Below, one piece after another: positions 1 through 7,303 of a DNA stretch of 20,000 nucleotides (position 1 is its first letter; every line of letters starts with the position of its first letter). The notes beneath the pieces were generated by a model that saw only the letters and a list, made by a program, of their open reading frames with translations, searched no databases and had not been told where the DNA came from. A program made the translations under genes and the position numbers. Source of the DNA: an uncultured virus (IMG/VR IMGVR_UViG_3300042887_005170) (Duplodnaviria > Heunggongvirae > Uroviricota > Caudoviricetes); IMG/VR virus record IMGVR_UViG_3300042887_005170; one strand, written 5' to 3'.

Positions 1-252
1 AGCGACTGCGTATGCGGTATTCTTTTAGATCACGATATGCCGCACTGGGACGGGCAATATTACGCGCGAGAGATCTTGAGCCGTTACAGTAGACCGCCTG
101 TTTGCGTAAGCAGCGCTAACCCTTGGGGCGCTGATAAAATTGAACAAATTTTATTGTCTCAGGGTCGCGCACCTGCTAAAATATCCGCAATCCGCAGTAA
201 CGCCCCCGAACTCTGGTATAGATGGGTGTTACTAAACGCATTCCCACGGTAA
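1..252 (+). CDS. 5'-truncated receiver-like protein, probably cyclic-phosphate processing receiver (cREC) family
   Basis: The frame is open from base 1: SDCVCGILLDHDMPHWDGQYYAREIL...VCVSSANPWGADKIEQIL. LDHD and SANPxGA match the LDHD...(H)SANPxG signature of cREC receiver domains common in phages. Confidence 0.65.
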   Translation, partial: SDCVCGILLDHDMPHWDGQYYAREILSRYSRPPVCVSSANPWGADKIEQILLSQGRAPAKISAIRSNAPELWYRWVLLNAFPR

Positions 253-254
253 AA

Positions 255-707
255 ATGGCAATCTTCGTTTTTAAAGACTATTCCGCCCCTGATAAGACGC
301 TGGATAAGCAGCACAGGACCTTTACTCCCGGGCAGAGCGGAGGCCAGGCAGCCGGCGACAACTCCGACTATGGCAGAGAGTCTAAAAACTTTAAGCAGAC
401 TAGCTATAGAATCAGGCAAGAGGCACCCTCTTATAAAGACTCCTCCCCCGGAGCCTCTAACAGCCAGGGCCTAGCTGGCGATCTTACTCCGCGCCAGTTC
501 GAAGTCTTCAGACACATGCTAGCTTTCCAGGATGAGCACGGCCGACCGCCTACTCAGATGGAGCTTAGCACCCGTCTGGGCATGAAATCAGAGCAGGGTG
601 TTAAAGCCCACCTGGCGATTTTGGAAGCGAAGGGCTACATTGTGGCCGGCCAGAAATTCGGACACAGAAACAAGATGGCCATGTGGCCAGGCTCAGACAG
701 GGGCTAG
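255..707 (+). CDS. LexA-type winged-HTH DNA-binding protein lacking the peptidase domain
   Basis: LTPRQFEVFRHMLAFQDEHGRPPTQMELSTRLGMKSEQGVKAHLAILEAKGYI matches the LexA N-terminal domain pattern. ATG 255 sits 2 nt after the upstream stop and is preferred over 222. Confidence 0.8.
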   Translation: MAIFVFKDYSAPDKTLDKQHRTFTPGQSGGQAAGDNSDYGRESKNFKQTSYRIRQEAPSYKDSSPGASNSQGLAGDLTPRQFEVFRHMLAFQDEHGRPPTQMELSTRLGMKSEQGVKAHLAILEAKGYIVAGQKFGHRNKMAMWPGSDRG

Positions 708-752
708 CTCTTATAGTTTAATTTAGTAACATACTTTGAGGCGGCGCTGATC

Positions 753-1262
753 ATGAGCAAATTTAATTTTAGAAGAGACGAAGTGCCTGAAGAAGAGATC
801 ACAGAAGAGTCCTTGGAGCCCCCTGCCGAGGAAGTGCTTTTATTTAAGCGAAATCTGCAGACATTTGACGAGGCCTCTAAGGCAGACGGCGATCTAGAGA
901 CGTTCACCAGCAACACGCTAAATAGCATAGACACGCTGGCCCGATTTACTCGAATTCTAAACCTCGAGCGTGAGGGCTTAGTAGAGAACTATAGACTAAA
1001 GGCTCAGGCGCTAATAGATAAGGCCGATGAGTTTGAGAGCATGGACTACGTTTTTGAGTCCCTCCATAGTGACATTCTCAATCTTAAGAGAAAAATGGAG
1101 GACTACTTAAACACGGCAGCGCGCCTGGCTGAGGAGAACACGGCAGACTCCGACAGAGAGGCTTTTGGTTATCTCAAACATGCCTATGGCATCTTAGAGC
1201 AAGCTGAATACATACATCGGAAAGCGGAGACGATACTCCACAGCAAAAAAGAGCTCTACTGA
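753..1262 (+). CDS. Hypothetical acidic, alpha-helical/coiled-coil protein
   Basis: 169 aa ORF with GAGG upstream, Glu/Leu/Ala-rich, fills the gap between neighbours. Confidence 0.75.
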   Translation: MSKFNFRRDEVPEEEITEESLEPPAEEVLLFKRNLQTFDEASKADGDLETFTSNTLNSIDTLARFTRILNLEREGLVENYRLKAQALIDKADEFESMDYVFESLHSDILNLKRKMEDYLNTAARLAEENTADSDREAFGYLKHAYGILEQAEYIHRKAETILHSKKELY

Positions 1263-1298
1263 GTACCTCAAATAAACACAGTAACCTGCTTGCATTAT

Positions 1299-1331
1299 CG
1301 GACCTTATATAGTTTATATATGGTCCGTTTT
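1299..1331 (+). promoter_or_regulatory. Intergenic inverted repeat (terminator or operator)
   Basis: CGGACC-T-TATATA-gtt-TATATA-T-GGTCCG pairs at 12 of 13 positions and is followed by TTTT. Confidence 0.5.
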
Positions 1332-1364
1332 ATTATAGTCACTAACACTCCAAGAGGTTAAACC

Positions 1365-1904
1365 ATGTCTTACATTCCCCCTAAAGCCAACAAAGGCCAA
1401 GTTGCACTACTGGCCCTTCTGATCCCTGGCGATCTTTGCGCCTACTACAACATTGGCGGAGACGATCTTAAGAAAGCCCTGATTCTAATTAAGCAGTATT
1501 GCGGCATGCCCGAGATTGGGGCGAGCTGGCGCAAGCAGGTTCAGTTCTCTCCTCCGCCCGGAGCCGCTGGCGGTATGCCTGGTGGTATGCCTGGCGGTAT
1601 GCCCGGATCGCCTTTCGGCGGTTTTGGTCTCGGCAGCTTCTCTTACGCCGGCTCACCTCCTTTTGGTGGTTTAGGCGCCTATTCGCTCCCCAACGAGTCG
1701 CTTCTTCGCGAGGCAGTTATCACTCTCCTGACCGCTGTTTTCCTCTCTCCGGAAGGGCCCTTCACGCTCACTAAGCCGCTGCCGATCAGACGGCAGTTCG
1801 CAGAGATGATGGGCGGTAACCTTAACGACTTCGTTGAGTGCCTGCGTATTGTGGAGAAGGATTTTAACCTTCTCTCCTCTCCTTATGACGCGCGCCCCCG
1901 GTAA
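1365..1904 (+). CDS. Hypothetical helical protein with Gly/Pro-rich insert (pair A, copy 1)
   Basis: RBS AGAGGT. Shares DDLxKAL, GxxWR, VxFxPP, NExLLRE and EKDF...PY motifs with 1924..2631. Confidence 0.85.
   Translation: MSYIPPKANKGQVALLALLIPGDLCAYYNIGGDDLKKALILIKQYCGMPEIGASWRKQVQFSPPPGAAGGMPGGMPGGMPGSPFGGFGLGSFSYAGSPPFGGLGAYSLPNESLLREAVITLLTAVFLSPEGPFTLTKPLPIRRQFAEMMGGNLNDFVECLRIVEKDFNLLSSPYDARPR
1569..1604 (+). repeat. 3 x 12 bp tandem repeat encoding (GGMP)3
   Basis: ggcggtatgcct ggtggtatgcct ggcggtatgccc. Confidence 0.9.
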
Positions 1905-1923
1905 TAGCTAATAGAGGTACCTC

Positions 1924-2631
1924 ATGGCCACTAATAGACTTAGAGGAACTAAAGGGGGGCAGAGAGGTCTTGAGTACCTCCTTACGCCCGCTAACTACAT
2001 ACTATCTCAGCGCCCCAATGACGATGACTTAGGGAAAGCACTTAATGTTATTCGTTTTTATACGGATAACAAGGATCAGGGCAGGGCCTGGAGAAGCTTC
2101 GCGAGCGGCATCGAGCGCGTAAACTTTAAGCCACCTGGCGGCTTCGATGACACAGAGTATGTCTACGACAGAGTCATCTACGGCAATGAAGATTTACTCA
2201 GAGAATGCGCCGCCGTTATGATCAAAAGTATTTTTGGTGTTGACTATAAAAATCCACCTGACGAGCCGACTCCCCCTCCCTTCACCCCGCAGCCCGGCCA
2301 CCACGGCATGCCTCCTGGATTTGGTCCGGGCGCTTATGTGCGAGGGGCCTCACCATTTCAGCACCCATTTAACTATCACCAAGGCGCAGCTTTCGCCGCA
2401 GGCGCTGGAGTGCCCCCGCATTTTTCTTACGGCCCGCGGCCCGTGCCCTACATGGATAAGCTCGATCTCCGCGCCCCGTTCAATGAGACGGTGCCCTACG
2501 AACAGAAGAGAGCTCTCGCTAAATACCTCGGTCTTCAGATCGCCCCAATGGTGGATAGCTGGCAGGCTATTGAGAAGGACTTTGGATTCCCCGAAGTCCC
2601 CTACTATGCCGACCCAAATAACAGAAGCTAA
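1924..2631 (+). CDS. Hypothetical helical protein with Pro/Gly/His-rich insert (pair A, copy 2)
   Basis: RBS AGAGGT. Motifs are colinear with 1365..1904. Confidence 0.85.
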   Translation: MATNRLRGTKGGQRGLEYLLTPANYILSQRPNDDDLGKALNVIRFYTDNKDQGRAWRSFASGIERVNFKPPGGFDDTEYVYDRVIYGNEDLLRECAAVMIKSIFGVDYKNPPDEPTPPPFTPQPGHHGMPPGFGPGAYVRGASPFQHPFNYHQGAAFAAGAGVPPHFSYGPRPVPYMDKLDLRAPFNETVPYEQKRALAKYLGLQIAPMVDSWQAIEKDFGFPEVPYYADPNNRS

Positions 2632-2640
2632 GGAAACCGA

Positions 2641-3312
2641 ATGCCCCAGAAAGTACTCGGCGGAAAGCCCTACAAGCGGTATCCCGATCCCAACGTAAGC
2701 AATCTCCCGAACGAGTACGGTCTGTATCCGTGGAGTGTTCTCTACGCACACCTGTCCTACATTGACGATGCTGGCGCCGTGCAGAACACCAGTGGGATTA
2801 CCAACCTCTCGACGACGACGGCACAACTGCTGCTGTTCATGTCGGACATCCCCGTACTTGGGCAGATGAAGTGCTACCACACGGACGCCACCAACTCTCC
2901 CCGGCTCAACGATCTGAGAAACGAGGTCAGTGCCCCGTTCCTTGTGACGACCATCGGCGGCGCAACGGCTGTTACTGTGGACATTGGCGAGGTCGCCGTA
3001 GGCTACACGGGGCCATCGCGTGCGGTTTTCTGCACGGGCTTTCCGGCCTCGTCGCTGTTCAAGGTCGCCGGAAACAACGCGCAGACGACTGACGAGGCTG
3101 CGGTGCTTGTGTGGGCAAACGGCGCGACACTCAATGGGCCAGTGAGCCAGAACAAAGACGAAGGCAGCACAATCGTTCCTCAGCCCATCATTTTGTGGGC
3201 AGAACAGTACGCGGCCTCTATTCCGACCAACGACAACATCTTTACCGATACAGCGGGCAAGATATGGCTCGTGGTCGGACTCCACGATGTCGAGCAGCCG
3301 GCGCCGCCCTAA
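2641..3312 (+). CDS. Putative virion structural protein, array paralog 1 of 6
   Basis: RBS AAGGA. Motifs KVLGG..RYPDP, PNEYGLYPWS, LLLFMSDIP, ANGATL..PVS, PIILW and VVGL are shared across the array. The structural role is inferred. Confidence 0.85.
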   Translation: MPQKVLGGKPYKRYPDPNVSNLPNEYGLYPWSVLYAHLSYIDDAGAVQNTSGITNLSTTTAQLLLFMSDIPVLGQMKCYHTDATNSPRLNDLRNEVSAPFLVTTIGGATAVTVDIGEVAVGYTGPSRAVFCTGFPASSLFKVAGNNAQTTDEAAVLVWANGATLNGPVSQNKDEGSTIVPQPIILWAEQYAASIPTNDNIFTDTAGKIWLVVGLHDVEQPAPP

Positions 3313-3329
3313 GCCGTAATAGGTAATCC

Positions 3330-4199
3330 ATGGCGCAGAAAACCCTAGCCGGCACCCCCGCAATCCGTTACCCCGATCCGCTCGTTCGGCGGGTTAACCC
3401 TAACGGCACGCAGCCCTACACTGCATATCGCGCGTCTCTTTTTTACTTCCTAAGCGACAGCGCCTACGTCGTGCTATCGGCACCACCAGAATTTCTTTTT
3501 GTCGAACTGCTGTTGTTTGGCGCTGACTATGCGGTGCAGGTGGCTGGGACGCAGGAATTTACCGGCTACTACAATTCCCCTACTTATGAAGGCGAGATAT
3601 TCGACGCGGCAGGCGCACCCATCCCATTCAGGGATTTAGCGCTACCACTAGGCGGGTTCCCATCCAATCCAGGCGTAGAGACAGTAAGCACCATTCTCAC
3701 AGACGCGCCGCCCGTGTCGTACAAGAAGATTGCTACAGGCAAAACAGCGACCAACGGCGTTACGGTCAGCGGCTTCCCCCATCTCTCTATTATTCCATCT
3801 CGGAACCTGTGGCAGACGCCCGCCGGAGACACCGGCGAACGCGCTAGCTATCTTGTTACTTATGACGTCATTCTAAACGGCGCGACAGTGGACGGCCCTG
3901 CGCTGTTCCTCAGTCAGGGTGGCGGCGGCGGCACCCTTCCCATCATCCTATGGGAGCCAGACCTTACACAAAAAATTGTGGACGATGGGTACATCGTTGA
4001 CGTTCTCGGCGACGGCACTGCGGTCTTTGATGTGGTCGGCCTGTGGGCATCAGCAGGTTATTCACCCCTAGGCCCCGGCATTGGCGCTCGCTCTTTTGGC
4101 GCACCTCCGACCATTGCGCCCACATCACCCCTCTCTTATATTTCACCCGCTATGGCAGAAGCGGCCGCCGCCTACGCCGCCCGAGTTAAAAACAGATAA
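3330..4199 (+). CDS. Putative virion structural protein, array paralog 2 of 6 (divergent, with C-terminal extension)
   Basis: KTLAGT..RYPDPLV, LLLF..D, SGFP, NGATV..P, LPIILW, VVGL, then about 50 extra residues. Confidence 0.85.
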   Translation: MAQKTLAGTPAIRYPDPLVRRVNPNGTQPYTAYRASLFYFLSDSAYVVLSAPPEFLFVELLLFGADYAVQVAGTQEFTGYYNSPTYEGEIFDAAGAPIPFRDLALPLGGFPSNPGVETVSTILTDAPPVSYKKIATGKTATNGVTVSGFPHLSIIPSRNLWQTPAGDTGERASYLVTYDVILNGATVDGPALFLSQGGGGGTLPIILWEPDLTQKIVDDGYIVDVLGDGTAVFDVVGLWASAGYSPLGPGIGARSFGAPPTIAPTSPLSYISPAMAEAAAAYAARVKNR

Positions 4200-4322
4200 T
4201 CTAACTACATAAAAACACATATAGTATACTTGTAATAAAGTTATACCGATGTAGTGAAAATACTAAACAACAACTGCGGAATCCCCGCTAAGATTAACGT
4301 CTACGGACAAAGGAGAAAGACA

Positions 4323-5048
4323 ATGGCTGTTAATTACTATATCAATCAGACTGTTCTTGGTGGCACCTCGGCTCCCCGGTACTCGGACCCGCTCGTTACG
4401 GGCGCTCCGAACGCCGATGGCCTCTACCCCTGGAGCTCGTTCCGCGCCCGTCTTGGCACGATCGCTGCCGGCGCGTTCGTCCCGACCGTCGGTACGACCC
4501 TCGACGCCGGCGATACCATCAACCTGCTCCTCTTCACGAGCGACGTGCCCGCGGGCGGCTCGCTTGTCGAGACGCCGGCTGCAGCCGCTATCGTGACTCA
4601 GGGCCTGCTCGCCCCGACCACCGCGGTCGGCGGCGCTGGCGCCCTGGCCTTCTTCAAGACGACCTCGACGGGCGGCACGAACGTAACCGTCTCTGCCGGC
4701 CAGGTCGGCGTTGGTTATGTCATCACCGGCGCGGCCGCACCTAACGCAGCCATCAGCACCACCGGCTTCCCGGCGACCGTCGGCGTCGGCGTTAATGGCG
4801 CTGCCGATACTTTCGATCTTCTTGTGACCGCGAATGGCGCGACCATCGCCTCGCCCGTTAGCACGCTTAACTTCGGCGCGCTTACCGCCGATGCCGCTAC
4901 CTGCGGTTTCCTCCCGATCATTCTGGACTACGCGGTCTACACCCAGGCGATCCGCGATGCCGGTAATGTCTACACCGCCACCGAAGCCACAACGCTCGGC
5001 GTTAGATACCTGGTTGTCGGCCTTTACAGCCTCACCCCTGCCGCCTAG
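4323..5048 (+). CDS. Putative major structural subunit, array paralog 3 of 6
   Basis: Start moved to ATG 4323 because AGGAG lies at 4311-4315 and MAVNYY matches paralogs 5 and 6. Codons are strongly C-ending. It has its own AT-rich leader and a downstream terminator. Confidence 0.9.
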   Translation: MAVNYYINQTVLGGTSAPRYSDPLVTGAPNADGLYPWSSFRARLGTIAAGAFVPTVGTTLDAGDTINLLLFTSDVPAGGSLVETPAAAAIVTQGLLAPTTAVGGAGALAFFKTTSTGGTNVTVSAGQVGVGYVITGAAAPNAAISTTGFPATVGVGVNGAADTFDLLVTANGATIASPVSTLNFGALTADAATCGFLPIILDYAVYTQAIRDAGNVYTATEATTLGVRYLVVGLYSLTPAA

Positions 5049-5054
5049 TAATTA

Positions 5055-5100
5055 AAATCCGCCTAGCGGATTTAAAGGCGCCCGAGAGGGCGCCTTTTTT
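5055..5100 (+). terminator. Rho-independent terminator preceded by a second hairpin
   Basis: AAAGGCGCCC-GAGA-GGGCGCCTTT with a T6 tract (5074-5100). Upstream hairpin AAATCCGC-CTA-GCGGATTT (5055-5073). Confidence 0.9.
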
Positions 5101-5150
5101 GCCTAAAAGTAGAGAGCCTTAAAACACTAAGCTCATACTAGGAAAAGCCA

Positions 5151-5807
5151 ATGCCAGCTTACACATCTAGAAAGACCCTTGGTACTCTTCCTGTTATTAG
5201 ACAGCCTCTAGCAGCCAGCACCGGCTCAGCTAACTACGCCGGTACTTACGGCTGGAGCGCGTTTAGAGCTAGATTAGGTCGTTGCACGAACACGACTTTC
5301 ACCACCACTCTCGCAGCGGCAATCACGGCAGGTCAGACGGTTAACCTTCTCCTTTTCACTACGGATGTGCCGGCTATCGGCCTAGCATTCGATGTCGGCA
5401 CTCCCGGCGCGATCGGGATCACCGGTTTAGTGAGCTCGGCACTCTCCGTGCCCTTTCTTGTCACGACTAGCGGCGGTGGCGTACCGGCAACGGCGTTAGT
5501 TGGCGAGGTTAATGACGGGTATGTCGGCACAGTGAAGACCAGCGGCTTTAGCGCTAAATTTTTTAGCACGGTGGCGGCAGCTACGAGTACGGCCGTTGAT
5601 CTGGCTGTTATTTCAAATAGCACTCAGGGCATCACGACGCCAATTAGCTTGTCTGACTGGGACGCACCCTCCACGACAGCTTCCGGCAACGTGCCCGTTC
5701 TTATTCCGGCAACCAGCTACACCAGCGTAATAAAGGCTGCCGGAAATCAGATCGTTACGGCCACCGGCGTTGTTTATCAGGTAGTCGGCCTCTACAGCGT
5801 CGTCTAA
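5151..5807 (+). CDS. Putative virion structural protein, array paralog 4 of 6
   Basis: RBS AGGA. Motifs YGWSAFRARLG, VNLLLFTTDVPA, PIS...WD, YT..I..AGN, YQVVGLYS. Confidence 0.88.
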   Translation: MPAYTSRKTLGTLPVIRQPLAASTGSANYAGTYGWSAFRARLGRCTNTTFTTTLAAAITAGQTVNLLLFTTDVPAIGLAFDVGTPGAIGITGLVSSALSVPFLVTTSGGGVPATALVGEVNDGYVGTVKTSGFSAKFFSTVAAATSTAVDLAVISNSTQGITTPISLSDWDAPSTTASGNVPVLIPATSYTSVIKAAGNQIVTATGVVYQVVGLYSVV

Positions 5808-5826
5808 ACAACCAGAGTGAGCTAAA

Positions 5827-6552
5827 ATGGCCGTAAATTACTACGCAAATCAGACCGTCCTCGGCGGAACTTCCTACCCCCGCTACCCCGACCCGCTCGT
5901 TACGGGCGCGCCCAACGAGTACGGTCTCTACCCGTGGAGTAATTTTAGGGCGCGGTTTGCGACTTATAACGGCACGCTTGTTGATTCGGCCATCGATCTT
6001 AACACCGGCTCCGGCGGCGCTAACCGGGTTAACCTTCTCCTCTTCACGAGTGATATCCCAGCCGTCGGCTATATTGCCCCTGCGGCAACTGGTCTTTCTG
6101 TTAGCCCTGTCGCCCCTGCCGCCAAGGTCGGCGTGGCCGGAACGCCAGCTTTCTTCAAGGCCACCCCCGGCGGCACCGATGTCACCGTCGCGGCCGGCCA
6201 AGTCGGCGTTGGCTACAGCTACAATGCCGCCGCCACTACCGACGCCAACAAAAACATCTACGTTGCGGGTTTCCCCGCCGTCACGACCTCCAGCGCTACC
6301 ACTGACGCAGAACTCTGGCTCTGGACCAACAGCCCCAACATCTGCTCGCCCGTCAGCTTTCAGAACTGGGATTTGCAGGCCGGACTTCCCACCGTCGCAG
6401 AGCGGGCGGCTTCCGGCGCCTTGCCGATTGTCCTCCGCTACTCGGACTACACGCAGGCGATCCGCGACGCCGGTAACATCATCGTTAACACCGTTGCCCC
6501 GATTGGCGCGACCTACCAGGTCGTCGGACTCTTCAGCCGCTTCGCGGTGTAA
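5827..6552 (+). CDS. Putative virion structural protein, array paralog 5 of 6
   Basis: MAVNYYANQTVLGGTSYPRYPDPLVTGAPNEYGLYPWS...YTQAIRDAGN...YQVVGL. Confidence 0.9.
   Translation: MAVNYYANQTVLGGTSYPRYPDPLVTGAPNEYGLYPWSNFRARFATYNGTLVDSAIDLNTGSGGANRVNLLLFTSDIPAVGYIAPAATGLSVSPVAPAAKVGVAGTPAFFKATPGGTDVTVAAGQVGVGYSYNAAATTDANKNIYVAGFPAVTTSSATTDAELWLWTNSPNICSPVSFQNWDLQAGLPTVAERAASGALPIVLRYSDYTQAIRDAGNIIVNTVAPIGATYQVVGLFSRFAV
5848..5939 (+). repeat. 92 bp direct repeat, copy 1 (copy 2 at 6606-6697)
   Basis: 89/92 identical by manual alignment. Confidence 0.9.
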
Positions 6553-6587
6553 TATCTAGAGAGACCTAATTTTATAGGAAAATACCT

Positions 6588-7253
6588 ATGGCCGTTACTT
6601 ATTATAATCAGACCGTCCTCGGCGGAACCTCCAACCCCCGCTACCCCGACCCGCTCGTTACGGGCGCGCCCAACGAGTACGGTCTTTACCCGTGGAGCGC
6701 ATTTCGCGCTCGCGTCAGCAATATTGTAGATGGCGAGGTTGTAAGTCTAAACGTAGCAATCAGCTCCCCGGAGATTCTTCTTTTCATCAGCGATGAGCTA
6801 GCGACTGGCTACTTCCAGGATGTAACTACAGCCGCCGTTGAGGCCCCGCTTGCGCCGGCGCCTTCCGCCAGCTTCTTCCTTAGTGCGCCTGCCGGCAGTG
6901 TTGTCACCCGCCCCGCGGGCCAGGTCGCGACTGGCTATGTTGCGACGGGCTCGGCAAATATTGCGACTACAGGCTTCACCGCCACTGGCCCCGCAAGCAT
7001 CACGGTCGATGCCACTAACCTTATCGTATTTGCCAACTCGCCTAACATCTGCTCGCCGATCAGCTTCCAGAACTGGGATACCGTTGATACTGCAACGGCC
7101 AAGGCCTCTGGCGCGCTCCCGATTATCCTTCTCTACAGCTCTTACACGCAAGCTATTAGAGACGCTGGTAATATCTTTGTCGCCACCGCCGGCGCCGCCA
7201 CGGGCGCGACCTATCAGGTAGTCGGCCTTATTAATCCCGACACAGGCGGCTAA
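6588..7253 (+). CDS. Putative virion structural protein, array paralog 6 of 6
   Basis: RBS AGGA. Motifs MAVTYYNQTVLGGTSNPRYPDPLVTGAPNEYGLYPWS, NSPNICSPISFQNWD, YTQAIRDAGN, YQVVGL. Confidence 0.9.
   Translation: MAVTYYNQTVLGGTSNPRYPDPLVTGAPNEYGLYPWSAFRARVSNIVDGEVVSLNVAISSPEILLFISDELATGYFQDVTTAAVEAPLAPAPSASFFLSAPAGSVVTRPAGQVATGYVATGSANIATTGFTATGPASITVDATNLIVFANSPNICSPISFQNWDTVDTATAKASGALPIILLYSSYTQAIRDAGNIFVATAGAATGATYQVVGLINPDTGG
6606..6697 (+). repeat. 92 bp direct repeat, copy 2 (copy 1 at 5848-5939)
   Basis: 89/92 identical by manual alignment. Confidence 0.9.
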
Positions 7254-7303
7254 TCTGTTTTACTTTAACAGTATAGTAGCGCTAATTAAAGATTAGGTTT
7301 GCC

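Noticed and set aside
1914..1923. Palindromic RBS regions (GAGGTACCTC, AGGTGACCT, GGTTAAACC) as translational switches
   Set aside because: The stems are too short or lack loops, and are explained by the SD GG plus a common CC before ATG.
2350..3363. 337 aa antisense ORF and similar shadow ORFs (5957-6559, 8893-9357, 19013-19549 and others)
   Set aside because: They overlap well-supported genes, have no motifs, and are expected from GC-rich codon bias.
4254..4322. Longer N-termini given by the ORF track (also starts 222, 14389 and 18899)
   Set aside because: RBS position, paralog alignment and overlaps favour the downstream ATGs.
5848..6697. Diversity-generating retroelement TR/VR pair
   Set aside because: The three mismatches are T/C, T/A and C/T, so they are not adenine-specific. 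The repeats lie at the conserved 5' ends of the genes, and there is no reverse transcriptase in the window.
2641..7253. Shufflon or invertible cassette system
   Set aside because: All copies are complete, co-oriented genes with their own starts. I saw no inverted recombination sites or recombinase.
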